Positions 56,116 through 64,000 of a stretch of DNA of 64,000 nucleotides are shown here, piece by piece. The DNA lies in contig JAFRNW010000022.1 of the NCBI GenBank assembly GCA_017429985.1, positions 70,291 through 134,290 of the forward strand. Reading direction: 5' to 3'. How positions within the stretch are numbered: the stretch's first letter is position 1; each line of letters begins with the position of its first letter. Under the pieces are notes generated by a model that did not search any database, had not been told where the DNA came from, and saw only the letters and a list, made by a program, of their open reading frames with translations. Source of the stretch: Clostridia bacterium (GTDB lineage Bacteria > Bacillota > Clostridia > Christensenellales > CAG-138). A program made the position numbers and the translations under genes.

Positions 56116-56604
56116 TTACAGGCATTTCTGCAGCAGCCACCAAGCAGTTTCCTCGTATTGGGGCTGCATGTTTTCGTCCATGCCGCAGGGATCATAATGG
56201 CAATCCTTGATTTTCGTATTGAAGCCAATACGTAGATACAACCTTAGATTCTGTGGTTCTGCGCTACCGACGCCGATGGTTGCGTTACGGAATCCCATTT
56301 CTTTCAAATCTGCGAGAGCCGCAGCTGCCAATCGGGTCCCGTTTCCCTGTCCGCGGTAACCCTCTTTTACCCGAAACGCGCATAAATAGGCGGTGCTTTT
56401 ACCGTCTGCAAAATCTTTGTCCGCAAGGTTGAAAAAGACATACAGCTCCCCGATCAGTTCCCCGCCTTTGTCCAAAGTCCAGAATACAGCATTCCCATCG
56501 GCAATATTGCTGTAGAAAAACTTAGCAGTGGGGGAGGCAGTATCAAAATCCTGATAACCCCACAGAGCAAGCATCTCTTCGCCTGTTGCTTTTCTGATCT
56601 GCAT
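56116..56604 (-). CDS. GNAT family N-acetyltransferase
   Basis: Start at MQIRKATGEEM. Motif A YRGQGNGTRLAAAALADLKEMG. Confidence 0.7.
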   Translation of the reverse strand: MQIRKATGEEMLALWGYQDFDTASPTAKFFYSNIADGNAVFWTLDKGGELIGELYVFFNLADKDFADGKSTAYLCAFRVKEGYRGQGNGTRLAAAALADLKEMGFRNATIGVGSAEPQNLRLYLRIGFNTKIKDCHYDPCGMDENMQPQYEETAWWLLQKCL

Positions 56605-56768
56605 GATGTATTCTCTCCGGCCGGCGATCTGCAGGCCCGGCATCCCGATCGCACCCTCAACCCTATGATGTCCGAAAGACCTGCGCATTTTTCCTACAGG
56701 AGCGCGGCCTTTCACATGAATCGCCCCACGACGTCAGGAGACAACGGTTCGAGTCCTATCATGGCACG

Positions 56769-57851
56769 TTATTCGACCCACGTAAGCGTATAGCTTTCTT
56801 CTGAGACTTCCAGCATTAACCTGGCACCCATAAGCAGCGGAAAGTTCACGCTCCCATGACCAGCCGGGAAACCAAAAGCCACCGGAACATCACGGCCCGC
56901 CAGGAATTCTCTGCTGATCATATCCGCAACGGATTCGAATCTGCCGCCTCTGGAATTTCCGTTGTATGTTTCACATTCCTTCGGATAATCGCACCACTCG
57001 CCGAAGATAATGCCCGCTGCCTTGTCAAGAACGCCTTGATGCTTCAGAACCGTGAGATAGCGGTGAATATGTTCGTAGTCTTCTTCTACATCCTCCAGAA
57101 ACAGGATGTACGGTTCGTCCGCTGCGGTGCAGTCATATGCCGTATTCAATACCGAAGTCAGCGTGGCAAGATTGCCTCCGATCAGAATCCCTTCTGCCGA
57201 GCCCTGAACATCATAGGCGCTGCCCTGACACCGATAGGCGGGGATCTCGCCCGTCAGGATCCTTTTTACAACGTCCTTGCATTCTTCCGGAAGATCTTCT
57301 GAAAACGAATCGCGCATCGGTGAATGAATGGAAACAAGGTCAGCCGTCGTCCACGCCGAAAGATAGGTGGTGATATCGCTGAAGCCGATGATCGGTTTCT
57401 TTGCGTCCGCTATCAGGGAAAGCGGCATGCGATCCAATACTTCCGTGGATGCATACCCGCCGCGGACACAGAAGACCGCTTTGATCTCGGGATCGTTCAG
57501 AGCCCATTCCAGATCCTCGATACAATTCTCCAGCGTCCTTTCTTCCACTGACACATATTTCCCCTCAACGGGAATATAACCCCATTTCTTCAGGCCTTCG
57601 ACCGTTTCTTCGGTTTTCTTTTTCCCGGGCAACGCGGACGGCGCGATAACAGCGACCTTATCACCTTCTTTCAGGAAATAATGATCCGCGCTGTTATACA
57701 AAGCCGTATACCCTAAAACGGTAACAGGCGTATCCACGCCTTCGGAAACGAGCCCCGTGTCATCTTTTGCCGCACAGGATATCAAAAGCGCAGCGCCAAT
57801 CATTAGTATGAAACAAGCGATCCAACAGCCGTTTCTTTTCATGCTTTTCAT
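56769..57851 (-). CDS. S66 peptidase (LD-carboxypeptidase / MccF-like), paralog 3, lipoprotein
   Basis: Signal/lipobox MKSMKRNGCWIACFILMIGAALLISC. VAVIAPSALPG, CVRGGYAS, GFSDITTYL nucleophile motif, PAGHGSVN His motif. Confidence 0.8.
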   Translation of the reverse strand: MKSMKRNGCWIACFILMIGAALLISCAAKDDTGLVSEGVDTPVTVLGYTALYNSADHYFLKEGDKVAVIAPSALPGKKKTEETVEGLKKWGYIPVEGKYVSVEERTLENCIEDLEWALNDPEIKAVFCVRGGYASTEVLDRMPLSLIADAKKPIIGFSDITTYLSAWTTADLVSIHSPMRDSFSEDLPEECKDVVKRILTGEIPAYRCQGSAYDVQGSAEGILIGGNLATLTSVLNTAYDCTAADEPYILFLEDVEEDYEHIHRYLTVLKHQGVLDKAAGIIFGEWCDYPKECETYNGNSRGGRFESVADMISREFLAGRDVPVAFGFPAGHGSVNFPLLMGARLMLEVSEESYTLTWVE

Positions 57852-57951
57852 CCGCCTTTCTCTGATCAACAAGCCAAAAATCTGTCCATTATTACAACCG
57901 TATTTTCCAACAGGTCAGACCGTTCGTCATCCACATACGCAGACTGCTTTT

Positions 57952-58764
57952 TTACAGTGCATGCCCGCCGGAGACTTTAATAACCTGCCCCGTAAGGAAT
58001 CTTGCCCGCTGACTCGCAAGGAACAGAATGGTGTCAGCAATGTCTTCCGGCCTGATCAGCTGACCCATTGGAATGATCGGAACGATTTGCTTCTCAAACT
58101 CGGAATCGATCCATCCTGTCTGCGTTGGTCCGGGTGCAACGCAGTTCACCGTGATGCCGTATTGTGCAGCTTCCAGGGCAATGCTGCGCGTGAGTGCTTC
58201 CACGGTCGCTTTGCTGGATCCATACGTGATCTGTCCTGCAAAAATCTGTGCAGCGTCTGTGGAAAGGTTGATAATTCTTCCATAATCGCCCCGGTGATTG
58301 ATCATTTCCCGCATCATCAGAATACTTCCCCGGACATTTACCGCAAACGTATTGTCGATTACATCCGGCGTTATTTTTTCTATTGTATCTATTCCGGTCT
58401 CATCGTCTGCCGCTGCATTGTTGACCAGAATATCCACCCTTCCAAAGTGATCAATGGCTTTGGAATAGATTTCTTTCACCGCATTTTCATCGGAGATATC
58501 ACTTTCAAACAGGATATAATCTGCGCCGGCTTCCTTCAGCTTGCGTTCCACAGCATCCGCATTCCCTGCATTTGCGGCATAATACCTGTCCACACCGTTT
58601 ATATCCGTTTTCTTCTCGTCAAACGGTCTTGGGATCCGCTTATATACAAGGACCAGCCTTGCCCCTTCACGGGCAAAGGCAAGCGCCGTCGCTGCGCCGA
58701 TCCCATACGGATTATTCATCCCTGTAATCAAAGCGACCCTGTTCTTTAATCCATAATCAACCAT
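57952..58764 (-). CDS. SDR family oxidoreductase (FabG-like)
   Basis: 270 aa. Cofactor motif ITGMNNPYGIG, NNAA, catalytic YGSSK. Confidence 0.8.
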   Translation of the reverse strand: MVDYGLKNRVALITGMNNPYGIGAATALAFAREGARLVLVYKRIPRPFDEKKTDINGVDRYYAANAGNADAVERKLKEAGADYILFESDISDENAVKEIYSKAIDHFGRVDILVNNAAADDETGIDTIEKITPDVIDNTFAVNVRGSILMMREMINHRGDYGRIINLSTDAAQIFAGQITYGSSKATVEALTRSIALEAAQYGITVNCVAPGPTQTGWIDSEFEKQIVPIIPMGQLIRPEDIADTILFLASQRARFLTGQVIKVSGGHAL

Positions 58765-58859
58765 CCGTCTTCCTCCGCAAATACGGTCTGCAGACCGGGA
58801 TTTAAATCAGCGACTCAATCATGATAGGCTTCTTTGGATTCGGCTATGCCTATCCGGTA

Positions 58860-59894
58860 TCATTTTGTGAGATACAGATCCATTTCCTTGTCGGCAAGCC
58901 GGGAGAGGATAAAGGACATGTAGGTATGGCACAAATGATTTTTCAGCGCCTTGAAGCCGAGACTCTCTGTCTCTTTCAAGCCAAGTCCGAGCAGATCCGT
59001 ATCCTCTTCGAACGTCAGATGCCTGAAATACTGATAAGCCCGGAGAAAGAGCGCTTTCTGGCTTTGCTCCATCGTGTCGTACCGGAACAGTGTTTCCTTC
59101 CCGATCTTGGAGAAGAAGCGCGGCGGGAGTCTGAGAGGGACAAGCGGAACGACATCATCGGCGTTGGTATAATAATGAAAGTTCGGATAAGACTTTCCGT
59201 CGTTCCATTCTCCGTCGGTCTCGTAATTCGGGGAGGCAAACGTATATATGAAAGAGGCCTCATCCCGGGCAAAGGTGCGGCAGAGCCGTCCGACGACGTT
59301 GGCCGTGGCGGCTCCAAGGCTGTGCCCTGTAATAAAGAGGATCGTGTTCTCCGGCTTTGCTCCTTCGAAACGGTTGATATATTCCTTCAGAGATTCGGTG
59401 CAGCTTCGTCCGCCTTCATAAAACCCGTCCAAAACCGATTTGACGTCCGTGATGGCGTCCTCCAGCGTTGTAGTGCCCTTGAACACGGCGCAGAATACAT
59501 GATAGGCTTTCCCGTCCTTTTCAAGCAGCTTATGACCGAAGCTCCTGGCGGGATCGCTGATCTTGTTTCTGGTTTGCGTGGAGAGAAGATAATACTCGCT
59601 TTTGATTTCATCGAAGCCAAGCTGGCGCAGGACAGTTTCCCCCCTGTGGGCGGTGAATTCCACATCGTTGCTCAGGACAAGTCCGGCCATGGCAAGGTTC
59701 AGATTCTCCCCGGCGCTTGTGGCGTCCTGCAGCAGATCATCCCAGTTCCACGCGATCCGCATTCCGCCGAAGAATGCGACATCAAGCCACTGGACCCCGG
59801 GTGCGTGCGCTTCCGGAACAAGTTTGCCGGCTTCTGCTGCGAGCGTTTCGGAGGAAGGCGTCAGGTTCTGTTCCTTTTCGATCGTGATTTCCAT
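58860..59894 (-). CDS. Class 3 lipase family protein
   Basis: 344 aa. Nucleophile elbow FITGHSLGAATANVVG and a downstream DVVP Asp motif. Confidence 0.75.
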   Translation of the reverse strand: MEITIEKEQNLTPSSETLAAEAGKLVPEAHAPGVQWLDVAFFGGMRIAWNWDDLLQDATSAGENLNLAMAGLVLSNDVEFTAHRGETVLRQLGFDEIKSEYYLLSTQTRNKISDPARSFGHKLLEKDGKAYHVFCAVFKGTTTLEDAITDVKSVLDGFYEGGRSCTESLKEYINRFEGAKPENTILFITGHSLGAATANVVGRLCRTFARDEASFIYTFASPNYETDGEWNDGKSYPNFHYYTNADDVVPLVPLRLPPRFFSKIGKETLFRYDTMEQSQKALFLRAYQYFRHLTFEEDTDLLGLGLKETESLGFKALKNHLCHTYMSFILSRLADKEMDLYLTK

Positions 59895-59975
59895 TTGCGA
59901 CTCCTTTCATGTGCGGCAGAACACTTCTTCATGGTATCTTTCTGCCCCTTTTCTGCTTCCTGTCACTTAGCAATC

Positions 59976-60410
59976 CTATAAATCTTTTCTGAAGCATACG
60001 ATCCGACTGGCTTCCTCAAATCCCAGGGACATGTGAAACCGGATACTGTTTGTATTATCGAGTTCACAATCGCTGGCAAATTCGGTACAGCCTTTTTCTG
60101 CTGCCCATCTCTGGCATTCTGACAGCAGCTCTGCGGCATAGCCTTTCCGCCGGTATCCTTCTGAAACAAAGATGCCCTCAAGATATCCCACAGGTGAGGT
60201 TCCGGTTCCCTCAACATAATCATGCCGCAGCTGGCACTGTGCAAAAGCAATCGGCTTACCATCCGTATATTTGATAAAGCAAGCGGCTTCATCATTCGTG
60301 ACCAGCTTGCGAAAATCATTTTCCAGATCTTTTAAACCATGACCTGTCCACATCTGTGCCGCCAGTGCTGCGAGGTTTTTGGCGTCTTCGATTGTTGCTT
60401 TCTTAATCAT
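59976..60410 (-). CDS. Aminoglycoside 6'-N-acetyltransferase, AAC(6')-I-like
   Basis: 144 aa. Co-linear with AAC(6')-Iy-type enzymes: LRHDYVEGTGTSPVGYLEGIFV, RRKGYAAELL, GCTEFASDCELDN, LGFEE..FRK. Confidence 0.75.
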   Translation of the reverse strand: MIKKATIEDAKNLAALAAQMWTGHGLKDLENDFRKLVTNDEAACFIKYTDGKPIAFAQCQLRHDYVEGTGTSPVGYLEGIFVSEGYRRKGYAAELLSECQRWAAEKGCTEFASDCELDNTNSIRFHMSLGFEEASRIVCFRKDL

Positions 60411-60422
60411 ATATATAATCCT

Positions 60423-60929
60423 TCATCCAAAGCAGGGTCCGGCATCATACGCAGGTTCCCTGTCAATTTGATAGTACTTGAAATCCCTGTCTTCTCCCAT
60501 GCAGGAAAAACCCGCCTTTTCCAATACGTGCTGGCTTCTTGTATTTGTCCGGACTGCATCGGCATATATCGTTGGGATGTCCAGTACATAGAAAACATAA
60601 CGGACAGCCAATCTTTCTGCTGCTGTCCCTATTCCATGATCTTTGAATTTCGCGTTTTTCAGAGCAATCCCCATCGTTGCGCATTTGTGCTTTTCGATAT
60701 TTTTGATAATGACCTCGCCAACGATCTCATCATCGCACAGGATCGCCAGTGTTACCCTGTTTAAGTCGCGCTGCCTTTTAACGTAGCGATCAATCTTATC
60801 CTCGCAGTATTCATAGTGAACATATTCCTGCCCGGGAATATATAGATCAGGATCGTTCTCATACTCACGAAAAAAGACATGATACATTTCATCGGTCATA
60901 GGAATCAGCTTAATGCTGTCATCATTCAT
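60423..60929 (-). CDS. GNAT family N-acetyltransferase (Acetyltransf_3/RimL-like)
   Basis: 168 aa. Motif A KDHGIGTAAERLAVRYVF and a C-terminal NTRSQHVLEKAGF. Confidence 0.75.
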   Translation of the reverse strand: MNDDSIKLIPMTDEMYHVFFREYENDPDLYIPGQEYVHYEYCEDKIDRYVKRQRDLNRVTLAILCDDEIVGEVIIKNIEKHKCATMGIALKNAKFKDHGIGTAAERLAVRYVFYVLDIPTIYADAVRTNTRSQHVLEKAGFSCMGEDRDFKYYQIDREPAYDAGPCFG

Positions 60930-61133
60930 TTAAAGATCCTGCCTCCACATGTTTCGTTTTGCCGGTCTCTTATCCGCTTATAAGATGCTCTGCATTTTAT
61001 CGGTTTAAAGGGCGCTGAAATAAAGCCAATGCTTTAGTGGCATGAGAATCATACCGTCACACACGTCTATTATTTGTGGAACCTATCGACGAACTGAAAT
61101 CTATCGAAGAGATACGTACATCCCTTGTCGCGG

Positions 61134-62075
61134 TCATTGCATTTTTGAAAAGTCCGCGAAACAGATGTCGCCGTCCTTGGTTAAAACAAGTGCTTTCGCA
61201 CTGCCCCATACGGCCGGCGTCGCTTGGACAGGTGTTCCATTCTCGCTGACGAATTCCAGCAGTTCAGGCTCCTCTATCTGATTTCCGCTGATTCTGCACA
61301 CATAGAACGTATCAGAGTTATCATACCCGCCGTCCATAATGAGGAAGCGACCGTTTTCCGCTACTGCCAGGCTTTCGGCTCCTTCTACCGATGGATCATA
61401 CTCTGTTTCCGTTTTGAAATCCGTTCGGATGAGACGAAAATCTGAGTAGTAATAATACCAGAGGTTGCTGTTCTCATCGATATTGATTGCATAACAGTCA
61501 TCTATTTCTCTCTCGGAGCGCCAGATGATTCTGCCGTCCATTGTCCACGCGCATACGCCGCAGCTTCCTATCGGTTCTTCCCAGCCGTAGTTCCCAAATA
61601 TGCCTTCATCGAAATAGCTTGTGACAATGATCCCGTCATTCCTGACGATGCAGTCTTGTATACCGTCTCCAAACGTAAAAGCACGCAAAACGTTCCCGTT
61701 TCTGTCCGTAAATACGGCGTTTTTTTCGGGACCTTTCTTTTTTGAATACATGCACCTCGATCCCAGAAGAAGGAAAGAACCGTCCGGGACGGGACGAATG
61801 AAACGGAAGTTCATCGTATGCTTTCCGAGATCGAGCCGTTCCACTTTTTCCACGGCGCCGCTCTCCCAGGAAGGGGTAATGACCAGTGCCGTGTACACTG
61901 CGTTTGCGGTTGTGTTAACAAACATACCGTCTATGCGCGGGGGAATTTCGGACGAAAAAAGAAAATATGCTTTTCCGTCATATCCGATATTCATGCTGAC
62001 GAAATCAAGCCCCGCCATTCCTTGCTCTGTGAACAATTTTCCTAGATTTCGGAGGTTTTTCAGTTCTTTTTTCAT
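61134..62075 (-). CDS. Hypothetical protein (beta-rich, possibly propeller-like)
   Basis: Start at MKKELKNL. No catalytic motifs recognised. Recurrent DG/NG-turn segments are present (DGSFLLLG, NGNVLRAF, DGIIVTSY, DGRIIW, NGRFLIMD). Confidence 0.45.
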   Translation of the reverse strand: MKKELKNLRNLGKLFTEQGMAGLDFVSMNIGYDGKAYFLFSSEIPPRIDGMFVNTTANAVYTALVITPSWESGAVEKVERLDLGKHTMNFRFIRPVPDGSFLLLGSRCMYSKKKGPEKNAVFTDRNGNVLRAFTFGDGIQDCIVRNDGIIVTSYFDEGIFGNYGWEEPIGSCGVCAWTMDGRIIWRSEREIDDCYAINIDENSNLWYYYYSDFRLIRTDFKTETEYDPSVEGAESLAVAENGRFLIMDGGYDNSDTFYVCRISGNQIEEPELLEFVSENGTPVQATPAVWGSAKALVLTKDGDICFADFSKMQ

Positions 62076-62255
62076 GCGTTTACCACCCGTCCGGTCATAT
62101 TTCATACTGTTTTACATATTCTTTTCCTGGTTCATAAGGCGCTAAGATGGTACGACAAGGGACACACGATCTCCACGTGCCCCGGAGTCCGTACATCCGT
62201 GCCAGAGATGCCTTCACGGCTTGAGGAACAGGCGGCAACAATTTGATTACCGCGA

Positions 62256-63266
62256 TCACTCGTACTCCGTTCTTAATGTAAAGATTTCTGGCAGGTCGGC
62301 GATCTCTGTTTTCAGGAAGACAGGATAGAAGTATTCGTCCTTCAGCCGTTCATAATCTAGCCACTCAAATGTGTGGGTATGATTCCGCTCGTGGAGCGTA
62401 AACTTCTCACCCCTTTCCAGCAGACCCGTATCCGACACATCAAGGAGGAAATAGATGCAAAGCTCATGATAATTCAGTTTGTCTACATCCTCGGTAAAAA
62501 AGCCCTGATTGAGCCAAAGCGGACGAATCGTACGGGGAGTGATGCCCAGTTCTTCTTTGACCTCCCTGACGATGGCGCGTTCTGCCGTTTCGCCCATTTT
62601 CACTCTTCCACCGGGCAGATAATAGTACGGAGAGCGTTCGTCGTGCATGGCAAGAATCCTGCCGCCGTGGATCATGATTCCGCAGACCCTATAATTGAAT
62701 TTGCTGTTGCCGATGACATATGAAATGTCCGTCTTTGGCTGTTTTTCCCACTCTTCTTTCGTCAGCAGGTTGACATGTCCCTTTCTTGTTTCGCCCATCT
62801 GCGGCACAGGCGCATCTTCAGTAGTCCATTGATACCTGAATCCCAGCTTTTCCTGTACACGCTTCGATTTCTCGTTGCCATCATAATAGCCGCACCAGAT
62901 GCGGGCAAGGTTCAGATCCTCAAAGGCATGACGCAGCATTTCTCTTGCTGCCTCCGGAACTAGGCCCCGTCCCCAATAGGGAACGCCAAGCCAGTAGCCA
63001 AGTTCCGCTTCATCATCCTTTTCAGCGAGGTCGTTGCGGTGAAGACCAATGCTGCCAACGGGAAGTCCGGTTTCCTTCAGTACAATGACGTAGGTCTCCG
63101 GCACCATCAGCACATCTCGAATGACCTGTCGGCTGTTTTCCACACTGGTGTGCACCGGCCACCCGGCTATCGGCCCGACAAGTGGGTCTTTTGCGTATTT
63201 ATAACACTCCTCCGCATCCGTCTCTTTCCATGGCCGGAGAATGAGTCTCTCTGTCTCAAGTGTCAT
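62256..63266 (-). CDS. GNAT acetyltransferase - NUDIX hydrolase fusion protein
   Basis: Start at [13 protein letters not shown] (RimJ/L-type N-terminus). GNAT motif [16 protein letters not shown]-terminal Nudix box [24 protein letters not shown]. Confidence 0.8.
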   Translation of the reverse strand: MTLETERLILRPWKETDAEECYKYAKDPLVGPIAGWPVHTSVENSRQVIRDVLMVPETYVIVLKETGLPVGSIGLHRNDLAEKDDEAELGYWLGVPYWGRGLVPEAAREMLRHAFEDLNLARIWCGYYDGNEKSKRVQEKLGFRYQWTTEDAPVPQMGETRKGHVNLLTKEEWEKQPKTDISYVIGNSKFNYRVCGIMIHGGRILAMHDERSPYYYLPGGRVKMGETAERAIVREVKEELGITPRTIRPLWLNQGFFTEDVDKLNYHELCIYFLLDVSDTGLLERGEKFTLHERNHTHTFEWLDYERLKDEYFYPVFLKTEIADLPEIFTLRTEYE

Positions 63267-63419
63267 ATTCTTCTCGCTTTCCTTGCGCCTTGTCGCTGAT
63301 GCCAAAATGCCATGGGATCCGATGTTTTCGAACTTTTTCCGTGATCATGCCTGGATGCGTGACATCAATACTACCGTCTCAACTGGACTTTGATTGTACT
63401 ACCATAAAAATCTTACAAC

Positions 63420-64000
63420 TCAGGCAATACAATTCATGATTACGTCGATCATAATTTCCTTTTCTTCAGGGCGGGATTCTGCAATCATAATTGTCAGTGC
63501 CACGAGCGTATGATCATCGATAAGCTTTTCTCCATCCACAAACAGGATACCGTTTTTATCGAGAAAATACAGGAACATCGTAGCCGCAATTCTTTTATTC
63601 CCATCTGCGAAACTGTGATTCTTTGTCACGAAATAAAGAAGATTCGCGGCTTTTTCCTCAAGACTAGGATAGATTTCTTCTCCTGCAAAAGACTGATAAA
63701 TATTCCCGATGCTGCCTTTGAAAGAATCATCTTTTTCAAGGCCGAAGAGATCTGATACTTCTCCAAATCTCATACTGTCAATTACCTGTCTGCACTCTTC
63801 ATATGTCAGACGATACGTAGCAGAATTACCCTTCGGACGCTGCAGCGTCTGATGATCATAAGAATCCAAAAGGTCCAGTGCCGTACTATATCTTTCAACT
63901 ACAGTAAGTACTTGCTTTGCGTCCAAAGAGTTTTCGGTTCTTTTCAGCAGCTTAACTACACTGCCAAGATCACTAAGCCGTTTTTGATTAACCGCATACC
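63420..64000 (-). CDS. RhuM-like / Fic-DOC domain protein; 5' end lies beyond the window
   Basis: The frame stays open to nt 64000 (..YAVNQKRLSDLGSVVKLLKRTENS precedes the track's TTG at 63926; GYA(V/I)NxKRL is a RhuM-family hallmark). Fic motif HSFADGNKRIAATM in the C-terminal domain. Confidence 0.7.
   Translation of the reverse strand, partial: YAVNQKRLSDLGSVVKLLKRTENSLDAKQVLTVVERYSTALDLLDSYDHQTLQRPKGNSATYRLTYEECRQVIDSMRFGEVSDLFGLEKDDSFKGSIGNIYQSFAGEEIYPSLEEKAANLLYFVTKNHSFADGNKRIAATMFLYFLDKNGILFVDGEKLIDDHTLVALTIMIAESRPEEKEIMIDVIMNCIA

Noticed and set aside
56735-56760. GGTTCGAGTCC, a string resembling a tRNA T-loop.
   Set aside because: The flanking bases cannot form the T-stem (3 of 5 pairs) and no acceptor, D or anticodon arms can be drawn. 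It is not a tRNA.
37416-64000. Calling the whole right-hand accessory stretch a mobile element or genomic island.
   Set aside because: No integrase, transposase, conjugation gene, flanking tRNA or direct repeats are visible in the window. The composition is not obviously different by eye. It is reported only as an accessory-looking array to be tested by synteny.

Overview
The window reads as chromosomal DNA from a Gram-positive (monoderm) anaerobe, probably a gut Clostridia-type organism. Support: AGGAGG-type ribosome binding sites, LPXTG/sortase systems, a BceAB-RS module, and moderately high GC with a few sharply AT-rich intergenic blocks. I found no rRNA, tRNA, CRISPR array, transposase or integrase. 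Gene order: (1) 1-2.9 kb, topA (5' end outside the window) translationally overlapped with an SRAP/YedK abasic-site protein. (2) 2.9-8.9 kb, an IclR regulator followed by a three-gene NHLM/PCAT-type peptide exporter (mini HlyD-like adaptor, C39-peptidase ABC, second ABC with a 99-aa polyacidic tail); no precursor peptide or maturase is visible. (3) 9-29 kb, a cell-envelope region: repeat lipoprotein, two paralogous 'LPXTG surface protein + dedicated sortase' cassettes, beta-helix lipoprotein, VanW/G5 protein, Sel1 lipoprotein, NlpC/P60 hydrolase, plus small metabolic genes (threonine aldolase, DNPH1-like, cysteine desulfidase family, flavoproteins). (4) 29.3-31.5 kb, macrodomain + class-M sirtuin (SirTM-like) + P-loop kinase-like operon. 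(5) 31.5-37.3 kb, CPA2 antiporter, zinc-ribbon membrane protein + TPM protein pair, CI/LexA-like S24 repressor. (6) 37.4-64 kb, an accessory detoxification/resistance-like stretch: frameshifted nfo, three S66 LD-carboxypeptidase/MccF-like paralogs, a VanX-type dipeptidase, AlkD, nine GNAT acetyltransferases (one AAC(6')-I-like, one fused to NUDIX), TetR, BceAB-RS, VOC, methyltransferase, SDR, lipase, and a truncated RhuM/Fic gene at the right edge. The best candidates for something under-described are the cargo-less exporter, the duplicated sortase cassettes with long leaders, and the macro-SirTM-kinase trio lacking its canonical partners. I see no clear-cut new system and have scored accordingly. 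CDS coordinates come from the supplied ORF track, with starts refined by residue counting. Hand-read hairpin and promoter coordinates may be off by 1-2 nt.
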